Assembly: GCF_013149785.1 (NCBI RefSeq) | Contig: NZ_JABEZU010000002.1 | Location: 920,927-940,926, forward strand | DNA: 20,000 nucleotides | Direction of reading: 5' to 3' | From: Isoptericola halotolerans | Lineage (GTDB): Bacteria; Actinomycetota; Actinomycetes; Actinomycetales; Cellulomonadaceae | In this document: one piece after another, positions 1-10,457 of the stretch | How the letters are laid out: each line of letters opens with the position of its first letter | Position numbering within the stretch: the stretch's first letter is position 1 | Made by a program: the position numbers and the translations under genes | Notes under the pieces: model-generated | Database searches by the model: none | What the model saw: only the letters and a program-made list of their open reading frames with translations | Told to the model about the DNA's origin: nothing

Positions 1-681
1 CGTGAGCAGCAGGTACTTCATGTTCACGGCGTTGCCGAGCTTCTTGGGGACCTTCCACAGCAGCTTGCGGGCCACCAGGTGGGTGTCGGCGGCGACCGGG
101 CCGATCTCCGCGGCGACGTCGCAGGCCGACTTGCCGTAGCCGACGACGACGACGTTCTTGCCGCGGGCGTCCTCCACCGAGCCGAGCTGGCTCGCGGCCA
201 CGACCTTCCCGCCGGCGCGCAGGAGCTGCGCGAGCCCCTCGAACGCGGGGATCACCGGGTCCGAGAAGATGCCGTTGGCGACGACGACGTGGTCGAACCG
301 CTCCGGGTCACCGACCGCCTCCCCGGAGTGCCGGGACGTCACGAGCCAGCCGTCCTCGGCGTCGGTGAGCTCGGCGCGCACGACCTCGGTGGACAGCCGC
401 AGCGCCTCGGACAGGCCGTGTGCCTCGACGTACTGCTCGAGGTAGGCCTGGACCTGCTCGCCGCTCGGCCACTCCGGGTAGTGCTTCGGCATCGGCAGGT
501 CGGAGAACGAGTAGGAGCCCTTGTTGTTCTGCGTGTACAGACCCGTGTACCGGCGGGTGGCGCTCCAGACGCCTCCGACGTCGGGGGCCTTGTCGAACAC
601 GGCGACCTGGTGGCCGAACTCGGTCAGGACCTTGGCGCTGGCCAGACCGGCGAATCCGGCGCCGACGACGGCGATCTTCAT
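1..681 (-). CDS. Flavin-containing monooxygenase (FMO / class B flavoprotein monooxygenase), N-terminal 227 codons, 3' end outside window
   Basis: Not in the ORF track; translated by hand. ATG at 681 after an AAGGA RBS. MKIAVVGAGFAGLASAK (FAD GxGxxG), DVGGVWSATRRYTGLYTQNNKGSYSFSDLPMP, FDHVVVANGIFSDP, and VVVVGYGKSACD (NADPH GxGxSA). The frame appears open to position 1. Confidence 0.9.
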   Translation of the reverse strand, partial: MKIAVVGAGFAGLASAKVLTEFGHQVAVFDKAPDVGGVWSATRRYTGLYTQNNKGSYSFSDLPMPKHYPEWPSGEQVQAYLEQYVEAHGLSEALRLSTEVVRAELTDAEDGWLVTSRHSGEAVGDPERFDHVVVANGIFSDPVIPAFEGLAQLLRAGGKVVAASQLGSVEDARGKNVVVVGYGKSACDVAAEIGPVAADTHLVARKLLWKVPKKLGNAVNMKYLLLT

Positions 682-722
682 GGAGGCGTCCTTGCTTTCG
701 GTCGGTGCGGGCGATCGGATGG

Positions 723-770
723 ATCGTAGCGGTCCGGACACACCGGGCGATAGACCCCGAGAGCGGACTA
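723..770 (-). promoter_or_regulatory. Putative FMO promoter (-10 TACGAT at 723-728) with upstream palindromic activator-like site (751-770)
   Basis: Minus-strand TACGAT fits TANNNT; there is no good -35. TAGACCCCGAGAGCGGACTA is an imperfect palindrome (TAGnCC...GGnCTA) nested in a larger inverted repeat at 732-789. Confidence 0.4.
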
Positions 771-771
771 A

Positions 772-3321
<2,550 letters not shown>

Positions 3322-3333
3322 GGCGCCGCCGGA

Positions 3334-4011
3334 TCAGGGCGTCGAAGGCTCCCGCGCGGCCCAGAGGAGCCCTCGTTCGATCATCGTGCGGATCTGGGGG
3401 ACCTGGAGGTCTTCGACGCCGTGCCCGATCGTGCAGGCAAACACCTTGCCGCGGCCCCAGCGCCGGGTCCACGCCACCGGGATCGTGACCGGCTCGTTCC
3501 ACGGCGCGTCGGGGTGCACGGCGTGCGTGGTCGTGGCGAGCACGTCGCACAGCGCGTCGGTGTGGAGCCAGTACTGCTCGGTGGTCAGGCGGATGCGCGG
3601 GCCGATCCCCTCGACCACCGGGTGGTCGGCGCGTTCGGGCCGGATGAGGATCTCGTGGTCGACCATGTCGCCCGGGTGCGCGACGAACTGACCACCCACG
3701 ATGTGCTGGTAGTCGGTGGCGCCGCGGAAGGCGTCGAGCAGCCCACCGTGCCATCCGGCCAGGCCGGTGCCGTTCTCGACGGCGAGGCGCAGCCCGTGCA
3801 TCTCGTCGGCGAGGATGTCGCCCATGGTCCAGCTCTGGACGATCAGGTCGGTGCGGGACATGACGGTCTCGTCGGCGTACACCTCGAGCGATTCCTCGAC
3901 GGACACGTCGAACCCGGCGTCGTCCAGGAACGGGAGGAAGAGGTCCGTGGAGCCGACAGGGTCGTGTCCCTGCCAGCCTCCGCGGACCACGAGGGCCCTA
4001 CGCTTGCTCAC
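3334..4011 (-). CDS. Cytoplasmic ThuA-family protein (class I glutamine amidotransferase-like fold), 225 aa
   Basis: C-terminal part of ORF 3334..5292. GTG 4011 has an AAGGAGG RBS and overlaps the ROK stop (GTGA). Motifs: ALVVRGGWQGHDP, GTGLAGWHGG, GGQFVAHPG, EQYW, PVAWTRRWGRGKVF..TIGH, MIERGLLWAAR. Confidence 0.88.
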   Translation of the reverse strand: MSKRRALVVRGGWQGHDPVGSTDLFLPFLDDAGFDVSVEESLEVYADETVMSRTDLIVQSWTMGDILADEMHGLRLAVENGTGLAGWHGGLLDAFRGATDYQHIVGGQFVAHPGDMVDHEILIRPERADHPVVEGIGPRIRLTTEQYWLHTDALCDVLATTTHAVHPDAPWNEPVTIPVAWTRRWGRGKVFACTIGHGVEDLQVPQIRTMIERGLLWAAREPSTP

Positions 4012-5204
4012 TGGTCCTCCTTGACGGTGATGAGGGCGTCGATCGAGTGCGGTGCGAGGAAGCGGTCGGTGACCAGGGTGGCGGCGCCGACGACGCCGGC
4101 GTGGGCGCCGGCCTGCGAGGTGACGATGCGCAGGTGCTGGGTGGCCAGCGGCAGGGACCGCTGGTAGACGACCTCGCGGATGCCGGCCACGAGATGCTCG
4201 CCCGCCCCGGCCAGGACGCCACCGATGATGATGCGTGACGGGTTGAGCAGGCTCACCGACGCCGCCAGGACGGTGCCGATGTCCCGTCCGGCCTGGCGTA
4301 CCGCCTGGCCGGCTGCGACGTCGCCGGTGCGGACCAGGTCGACGATGTCCTGGGTGGTCCGGATCCGGGCACCCCCCTCGCGCAGGGCGGAGGCGATCGC
4401 CAGCCCGCCGGCCACCGCCTCGAGGCAGCCGGTGTTGCCGCAGCGGCAGGGGGTGTCGGCGGCCCCGGACACGGCGACGTGCCCGAGGTCGCCGGCGGCC
4501 CCTTGCGCGCCTCGTCGTAGCTCGCCGTCCATCACGACCCCGGCCCCGATGCCGGTGGCGACCTTGACGAAGAGGAGGTTCTGCTCGTCGGGGCACACGG
4601 TGCGGTGCTCGCCGAGCGCCATGACGTTGACGTCGTTGTCGACGACGACGGGCGCACCCAGGAGCCGGTGCAACGTGCCGGGCACGTCGGCGCCGTCCCA
4701 CCCGGGCATGATCGGCGGGTTCACGGGCCGGCCGTCGGCGTGGTCGACGGGCCCGGGGAGACCGATGCCGATCCCGGCGAGCTCGTCGAGCTGCCGTCCC
4801 GCGTCGGTGACGAGCTTGGCACCGGTCTCGGCGACCCAGGACAGCACGTGGTCGGGACCGTCGGCGATGGCCAGCGGTTCCTGCGTCGAGGCGAGCGAGT
4901 TGGCGGCGAGGTCGGTGATGGCGAGACGCGCGTGCGTGGCCCCGAGGTCGACCCCGAGCACGATCCGGTTGGACGGGTTGAACGCGAACGTCGACGGGGG
5001 CCGTCCGCCGGTGCTGGTTGCCTCGCCCGCCGGGACGAGCAGCCCGATCGCGGTCAGGGCGTCGATGCGTGCGGCGACGGTCGACCGGGACTGCCCGGTC
5101 TCGGCGACGAGCGAGGCGCGCGTGTGCGGGGTGCCGTCCCGGAACAGCTGGAACATCTCGCCGGCCCCGGTGGGACGTGGCGGGAACTTCTGCAGCCCTT
5201 CCAT
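4008..5204 (-). CDS. ROK-family transcriptional repressor (XylR/NagC-like), ~398 aa
   Basis: N-terminal HTH (TRASLVAETGQSRSTVAARIDAL...GGRPP), LGVDLG, GIGLPGPVD, VDNDVNVMALGE, VKVATGIGAG, GAAGDLGH, and Zn motif CRCGNTGCLEA. Start is ATG 5204 or GTG 5210. Confidence 0.93.
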   Translation of the reverse strand: MEGLQKFPPRPTGAGEMFQLFRDGTPHTRASLVAETGQSRSTVAARIDALTAIGLLVPAGEATSTGGRPPSTFAFNPSNRIVLGVDLGATHARLAITDLAANSLASTQEPLAIADGPDHVLSWVAETGAKLVTDAGRQLDELAGIGIGLPGPVDHADGRPVNPPIMPGWDGADVPGTLHRLLGAPVVVDNDVNVMALGEHRTVCPDEQNLLFVKVATGIGAGVVMDGELRRGAQGAAGDLGHVAVSGAADTPCRCGNTGCLEAVAGGLAIASALREGGARIRTTQDIVDLVRTGDVAAGQAVRQAGRDIGTVLAASVSLLNPSRIIIGGVLAGAGEHLVAGIREVVYQRSLPLATQHLRIVTSQAGAHAGVVGAATLVTDRFLAPHSIDALITVKEDQ

Positions 5205-5290
5205 GAGCACAGTGAACCACGCCCCTTTGCGGTGTGTGTTTTGGTCGCTCGGTGTCTATCACGAGCGGGTAACGATCACAAAGTACCCGC

Positions 5291-5316
5291 ACTTTTGCTT
5301 GACGGCCAACATAAGT
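5291..5316. promoter_or_regulatory. Putative ROK repressor operator
   Basis: ACTTTTGCTTGACGGCCAACATAAGT is a 26-bp imperfect palindrome (18/26 positions self-complementary; ACTTnTG...CAnAAGT). It is AT-rich in a GC-rich genome and covers the -35 of the ABC promoter. Confidence 0.7.
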
Positions 5317-5334
5317 CCGTCTACGTTCGTCACA
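5299..5334 (+). promoter_or_regulatory. Sigma-A-type leaderless promoter of the ABC/catabolic operon
   Basis: -35 TTGACG (5299-5304), 17-nt spacer, -10 TACGTT (5322-5327), then 6 nt to ATG 5334; no SD. Confidence 0.8.
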
Positions 5335-6854
5335 TGGTCACAGAAGACCCCCCAGCACCGCTGCTGCAGATGCAAGGCATCGTGAAGACGTTCCCCGGCG
5401 CCCGAGCGCTCGACGGGGTGGACCTCGACGTCCTGCCCGGCGAGGTCCACTGCCTCCTCGGCCAGAACGGCGCCGGGAAGTCCACGCTCATCAAGGTCCT
5501 CGCCGGCGCCCACCAGCCGACCGACGGCACGATCCTCATGGACGGCGAGCCGATCGACATCCCCCACCCGGTGGCGGCGCTGGAGCACGGCGTCGCCACG
5601 ATGTACCAGGAGCTCGACGTCGTCGACGGTCTCACCGTCGCCGAGAACATCTTCCTCGGTCACGAGCTGGCGACCGGCGGGTTCACCAGGCGCCGCGAGC
5701 TCGTGCGCCGCACCCGCGAGATCCTCGCGCGCCTCGGCCACAGCGAGATCTCGCCGAACCGCGAGGTCAGCTCGCTGCCGGCCGCCGGCAAGCAGGTCGT
5801 CTCGATGGCGCGTGCCCTGTCGCACGACGCTCGCGTCATCGTCATGGACGAGCCGTCCGCCGTGCTGGACTCCGGCGAGGTCGACAACCTCTTCCGTGTG
5901 GTCGAGGAGCTGACCAACCAGGGCATCGCGATCATCTACATCTCGCACCGGCTCGAGGAGATCCGGCGCATCGGCGACCGGATCACCGTCCTCAAGGACG
6001 GCAAGACGGTGGGACGCAACCTCCGCGTCGCCGACACCCCCACCGACGAGCTCATCCGACTGATGACCGGTCGCGACGTCGAGTTCGTCTTCCCCGACAG
6101 CCCCGGCGTCGCCGAGGACGCTCCCGTCCTGCTCGACGTCGACGGGCTGGCTCTGGACGGGACGTTCCACGACGTCTCGTTCCGGGTGCGCTCGGGCGAG
6201 ATCGTCGGGCTGGCAGGTCTGGTCGGCTCGGGGCGCTCGGAGATCATCGAGACGGTCTACGGCGCGCGGCGCGCCTCCCGGGGCACCGTCACCGTGTCGG
6301 GCAAGAAGCTCCGCCCGGGTGACGTGCCCGCCGCGGTGGACGCCGGGATCGGCCTCTGCCCGGAGGAGCGCAAGAGCCAGGGGCTCGTGCTGGACGAGCC
6401 GGTCTACCGCAACATCACGCTGTCCTCCTTCGCGAGCCTCGCCCGGGCCGGCTGGCTCGACGAGCCTGCTGAGAAGAAGGCCGCGACCGTGCAGATCGAG
6501 GCGCTCGACCTGCGGCCCCGCGACGCCGGACGCGCCGCACGCACCCTCTCGGGCGGGAACCAGCAGAAGGCGTTGCTCGCCCGCTGGCTGGTGCACGGCT
6601 GCGAGGTGCTCCTCCTCGACGAGCCCACCCGCGGCGTCGACGTCGGAGCCCGGTCGGAGATCTACGCGCTGATCCGCCGCCTCGCGGACGCCGGGAACGC
6701 CGTCGTCGTGATCTCCAGCGAGATCCCCGAGGTCCTCGGGCTGGCCGACAACGTCCTGGTCGTCTCCGACGGCGAGGTCGTCCACCGGTGCCCGGCGAAA
6801 GACATCAACGAGCACGGTGTGCTCGACCTCGTCATGGAAGGAAGTGTCGCGTGA
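5334..6854 (+). CDS. Sugar ABC transporter ATP-binding protein, RbsA/MglA (CUT2) type with two NBDs, 506 aa
   Basis: Walker A GQNGAGKST, MYQEL, VMDEPSA, YISHRLEE; second domain GLVGSGRSE, LSGGNQQK, LLDEPTRGVDVGA. Confidence 0.95.
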   Translation: MVTEDPPAPLLQMQGIVKTFPGARALDGVDLDVLPGEVHCLLGQNGAGKSTLIKVLAGAHQPTDGTILMDGEPIDIPHPVAALEHGVATMYQELDVVDGLTVAENIFLGHELATGGFTRRRELVRRTREILARLGHSEISPNREVSSLPAAGKQVVSMARALSHDARVIVMDEPSAVLDSGEVDNLFRVVEELTNQGIAIIYISHRLEEIRRIGDRITVLKDGKTVGRNLRVADTPTDELIRLMTGRDVEFVFPDSPGVAEDAPVLLDVDGLALDGTFHDVSFRVRSGEIVGLAGLVGSGRSEIIETVYGARRASRGTVTVSGKKLRPGDVPAAVDAGIGLCPEERKSQGLVLDEPVYRNITLSSFASLARAGWLDEPAEKKAATVQIEALDLRPRDAGRAARTLSGGNQQKALLARWLVHGCEVLLLDEPTRGVDVGARSEIYALIRRLADAGNAVVVISSEIPEVLGLADNVLVVSDGEVVHRCPAKDINEHGVLDLVMEGSVA

Positions 6855-7864
6855 ACACCCAGACATCAGCACCACCGGCCGAGGAGCACGCCTCCCGGTC
6901 GTCGTGGCTGCGCGGCTCCGCCGGGCGCAATCTCGGGCTGGTCCTGGCGCTGGCGCTCATCTGCGTGGTCGGTGTGATCACCGGCGGCGAGCGCTTCGCC
7001 GACTGGGGGAACATCCTGACCATCCTGCGGCTCGCCGCCGTGCTGGGCGTGGTGTCCATCGGGATGACCTTCGTCATCACCTCGGGCGGCATCGACCTGT
7101 CGGTCGGTTCCGTCCTGGGGCTCGCGACGGTCTGGGCGACGACGCTCGCCACCCAGACGATGGCCGACAGCTTCCACTGGATCGTCATCGTCTTCACCGC
7201 CCTCGCGGTCGGCACCGCGGCCGGCCTGATCAACGGGGCGATCATTGCCTACGGCAAGGTCGTGGCGTTCATCGCCACCCTGGCGATGATGGCCGGCGCT
7301 CGCGGTCTGGCCGAGATCATCTCGGACCGGCAGACCCAGCGCGTCCAGTCCAACGAGTTCACGGCCTTCTTCCGGGCGGACTTCCTCGGCGTGCCCGTGC
7401 TCGTGTGGATGTTCGTCGTGGTGGCGATCGCCGGCTGGTTCCTGCTCAACCGCACGACCTTCGGCCGCCGCACCGTGGCCATCGGCGGCAACGCCGAGGC
7501 AGCCCGGCTGGCCGGCATCAAGGTCAAGCGTCACACGGTGTACATCTACGGTCTGGCCGGGCTCACCGCCGGCATCGCCGCCGTCGGGATGCTGGGCCGG
7601 ACCACGGCCGGCACGTCCACCAACGGGTTCCTCCTGGAGCTCGACGCCATCGCCGCCGTCGTCGTCGGGGGCACCCTGCTCGCCGGTGGTCGCGGCACCA
7701 TCTTCGGCACCGTCCTCGGCGTCCTCATCTTCACCACGCTCACGAACGTGTTCGTGATGAACAACATGTCGTCCTCGGCCCAGCTCGTGGCCAAGGGCCT
7801 CATCATCGTCGTCGCCGTGCTGCTCCAGCAGCGTTTCGCCAACAAGCCGTCGTCGACGACCTAG
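6851..7864 (+). CDS. Sugar ABC transporter permease (RbsC type), 337 aa
   Basis: GTG overlaps the ATPase stop (GTGA). GMTFVITSGGIDLSVGS, AFIATLAMM, RTTFGRRTVAIGGNAEAARLAGI, ELDAIAAVVVGG; multiple hydrophobic segments. Confidence 0.95.
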   Translation: MNTQTSAPPAEEHASRSSWLRGSAGRNLGLVLALALICVVGVITGGERFADWGNILTILRLAAVLGVVSIGMTFVITSGGIDLSVGSVLGLATVWATTLATQTMADSFHWIVIVFTALAVGTAAGLINGAIIAYGKVVAFIATLAMMAGARGLAEIISDRQTQRVQSNEFTAFFRADFLGVPVLVWMFVVVAIAGWFLLNRTTFGRRTVAIGGNAEAARLAGIKVKRHTVYIYGLAGLTAGIAAVGMLGRTTAGTSTNGFLLELDAIAAVVVGGTLLAGGRGTIFGTVLGVLIFTTLTNVFVMNNMSSSAQLVAKGLIIVVAVLLQQRFANKPSSTT

Positions 7865-7913
7865 CCGCGACAAGCCTCTCCCATCAACACCGGATCGAAT
7901 CGAGGAAGATTTC

Positions 7914-8984
7914 ATGTCCGCACGAATGACTCGAAACCACCGTCTGCTCGGCCTGACGGCCGCCGCAGCGACGACTGCCCTCCTGCTGAGCGGTTGCGTC
8001 AGCAACGAGCCGCCCGAGGAGGAGAACGACTCCGACTCCATGAGCGCTGACGAGGGTGCGGCGGGCGGCACCGCGAACGACGAGCCCGGTGAGACCATCA
8101 CCATCGGCTTCTCCGCCCCCGCCGCCGACCACGGCTGGATGGGTGCGATCACCCGCGCCGCGCTCGACGAGGCGGAGGGCTACGAGGACGTCGAGCTGCG
8201 GCAGGCCGAGGCCACCAACGACGTCAACATGCAGATCAGCCACATCGAGCAGTTCATCAACGAGGGCGTCGACGCCATCGTGCTGCTGCCCTTCGACGGC
8301 GACGCCCTGACCGAGATCGCCATCGAGGCGATGGAGGCGGGCATCCCGGTCGTCAACGTGGACCGCGAGTTCTCCAGCCCGTTCGCCGCCCGCGCCACGA
8401 TCCTGGGCGACAACTACGGCATGGGTGTCTCGGCCGGCACCTACATCTGCGAGCAGCTCGGCGGCCAGTCGGACGCCGTCGTCGCCGAGATCCAGGGCAT
8501 CGCCAACCTGCCGTTGACGCAGGACCGTTCGGAGGGCTTCGCGGACGCGCTGAGCGACTGCGGCCTGTCGGTCTCCACGCAGGTCTCCGCCGACTTCACG
8601 ATCCAGGGCGGCGAGACGGCGACGTCGAACCTCCTGCAGGCCGAGCCGGAGATCGACGCCATCTGGAACCACGACGACGACCAGGGCGTCGGCGTGCTCG
8701 CCGCGATCGACAACGCCGGTCGCGACGAGTTCTTCATGGTCGGCGGCGCCGGCTCGCTCGACGTGATGGAGGAGATCCAGTCGGGTGACTCGGTCCTGCA
8801 GGCCACGGTCATCTACCCGTCCACGCAGGCGGCCGACGGGATCAAGATGGCCCGCCTCATCGCCCAGTCCAAGAACATGTCCGACCTCGCCTCGGCGGGC
8901 GTGCCGCGCACGACCCAGCTGTTCGCGCCCGTCGTGACGGCGGACAACGTCGACCAGTACCTGGAGATCGGCTTCCGGTCCTGA
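7914..8984 (+). CDS. Sugar ABC transporter substrate-binding lipoprotein (RbsB / Peripla_BP_4 type), 356 aa
   Basis: GAGGAAG RBS; lipobox LLSG-C; GVDAIVLLP, AGIPVVNVDR, GDNYGMG, IDAIWNHDDDQGVG. Confidence 0.93.
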   Translation: MSARMTRNHRLLGLTAAAATTALLLSGCVSNEPPEEENDSDSMSADEGAAGGTANDEPGETITIGFSAPAADHGWMGAITRAALDEAEGYEDVELRQAEATNDVNMQISHIEQFINEGVDAIVLLPFDGDALTEIAIEAMEAGIPVVNVDREFSSPFAARATILGDNYGMGVSAGTYICEQLGGQSDAVVAEIQGIANLPLTQDRSEGFADALSDCGLSVSTQVSADFTIQGGETATSNLLQAEPEIDAIWNHDDDQGVGVLAAIDNAGRDEFFMVGGAGSLDVMEEIQSGDSVLQATVIYPSTQAADGIKMARLIAQSKNMSDLASAGVPRTTQLFAPVVTADNVDQYLEIGFRS

Positions 8985-9002
8985 CGGACGCACACCTCGA
9001 CC

Positions 9003-9030
9003 CGGCGGCGGGGCCCTGTCCCCGCCGCCG
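9003..9030 (+). terminator. GC-rich hairpin after the SBP gene (mRNA stabiliser or partial terminator)
   Basis: CGGCGGCGGGG-ccctgt-CCCCGCCGCCG forms a perfect 11-bp stem with no U-tract. A second small hairpin lies at 9049-9065. Confidence 0.55.
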
Positions 9031-9086
9031 CGGCCCTGGCCGCCTCGCGGGCACGGGCCGTGCCCCACGAAGGAAGGACCACACAC

Positions 9087-10262
9087 ATGGGTGATGCAGC
9101 ACGCGCCCGTCTCGGCGTCGGGATGGTCGGCTACTCGTTCATGGGCGCCGCGCACTCGCAGGCGTGGCGTACCGCACCCCGATTCTTCGACCTGCCGCTG
9201 CGCACGGAGATGACCGCCGTCGTCGGACGTGACAAGGAGCGGGTCACCGAAGCCGCCGAGCGGCTCGGGTGGGAGTCCACCGAGACCGACTGGCGACGAC
9301 TGCTGGAGCGGGACGACATCGACCTCGTCGACATCTGCACGCCCGGCAACACGCACGCGGAGATCGCGATCGCGGCGCTCGACGCCGGCAAGCACGTGCT
9401 GTGCGAGAAGCCGCTGGCGAACAGCGTCGCCGAGGCCGAGCAGATGACGGCCGCCGCCGAACGGGCCGCCGCCCGGGGCGTGCGCTCCATGGTGGGCTTC
9501 ACCTACCGGCGTGTCCCCGCGATCCAGCTGGCTCGCCAGCTCGTGGCGGAGGGCCGGATCGGCGAGGTCCGCCACGTCCGGGCCCAGTACCTGCAGGACT
9601 GGCTCACCGACCCGGCCGCACCGCTGTCATGGAGGCTGGACAAGGCGAAGGCGGGATCGGGCGCACTGGGCGACATCGGTGCCCACGTCGTCGACCTGGC
9701 CCAGTTCGTGACCGACCAGTCGGTGGTGGGGGTCAACGGCACGCTCGAGACCTTCGTCACCGAGCGGCCGGTGGCGGCGTCGTCGAGCGGGCTCACCGGC
9801 GAGGCCGGCGAGGGCACGGGCCCGGTGACCGTCGACGACGCGGCGCTGTTCTTCGGCCGGCTGTCCGGTGGCGGGCTCGCGAGCTTCGAGGCCACCCGCT
9901 TCGCTGCGGGCCGCAAGAACGCGATCCGCCTCGAGATCAACGGATCCCGCGGTTCGGTGGCGTTCGACTTCGAGGACATGAACGTCCTGCACTACTTCGA
10001 CGGCGACGAGCCGGGCGCGACGGCCGGCTTCCGCCGCATCGTGGTGACCGAGCCGGAGCACCCGTACGTCGCCGCCTGGTGGCCCCCGGGCCACGGGCTC
10101 GGGTACGAGCACGGGTTCACCCACCAGGTCGTCGACCTCGTGGAGGACCTCGCGGCAGGCAGGGCGCCGACGCCCTCGTTCGCCGACGGGCTGGCGGTCC
10201 AGCGCGTGCTCGACGCCGTCGAGCGGAGCTCGGACTCGGGCGGTGCCTGGACCGAGATCTGA
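9087..10262 (+). CDS. Gfo/Idh/MocA-family NAD-dependent oxidoreductase, levoglucosan-dehydrogenase-like, 391 aa
   Basis: AAGGAAGG RBS; VGMVGYSFMGAAHS, DICTPGNTHAEIAIAALDAGKHVLCEKPLA, GFTYRR, YLQDW...PLSWR...AGSGALGDIGAH, VTVDDA, EATRFA.GRKN, HPY...WPPGHGLGYEH, PSFADG. Confidence 0.93.
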   Translation: MGDAARARLGVGMVGYSFMGAAHSQAWRTAPRFFDLPLRTEMTAVVGRDKERVTEAAERLGWESTETDWRRLLERDDIDLVDICTPGNTHAEIAIAALDAGKHVLCEKPLANSVAEAEQMTAAAERAAARGVRSMVGFTYRRVPAIQLARQLVAEGRIGEVRHVRAQYLQDWLTDPAAPLSWRLDKAKAGSGALGDIGAHVVDLAQFVTDQSVVGVNGTLETFVTERPVAASSSGLTGEAGEGTGPVTVDDAALFFGRLSGGGLASFEATRFAAGRKNAIRLEINGSRGSVAFDFEDMNVLHYFDGDEPGATAGFRRIVVTEPEHPYVAAWWPPGHGLGYEHGFTHQVVDLVEDLAAGRAPTPSFADGLAVQRVLDAVERSSDSGGAWTEI

Positions 10263-10268
10263 CGGCAC

Positions 10269-10302
10269 CACCGGTGGCCGGCGACGACGCCGGCCACCGG
10301 TG
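10269..10302 (+). terminator. Perfect 15-bp hairpin after the dehydrogenase gene
   Basis: CACCGGTGGCCGGCG-ACGA-CGCCGGCCACCGGTG, with no U-tract. Confidence 0.55.
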
Positions 10303-10457
10303 AGCCTCGCCCCGGCAGAGGAAGGAGGCACGACGACGCCCGTCCGCGGGCAGGACGACCGGCGACACCGTCGCCGTCAGGCAGACGAGAGCTCAGGGCC
10401 GAGCTCTCGCCACGCCTCGGAGCGCAGCACCACTGACCCACCACGAAGGAGATCTTG

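Noticed and set aside
79..729. Plus-strand ORFs 79..729, 158..445 and 521..874
   Set aside because: They are antisense to the real FMO gene on the minus strand, which has clear motifs and an RBS.
4012..5292. Apparent 652-aa ORF 3334..5292 as one long protein
   Set aside because: The N-terminal 427 codons are Arg/Pro-rich off-frame read-through of the ROK gene; the real ThuA gene starts at GTG 4011 with its own RBS.
4605..5333. N-terminal extension of the ABC ATPase ORF
   Set aside because: It overlaps the ROK gene antisense; promoter geometry and homology support ATG 5334.
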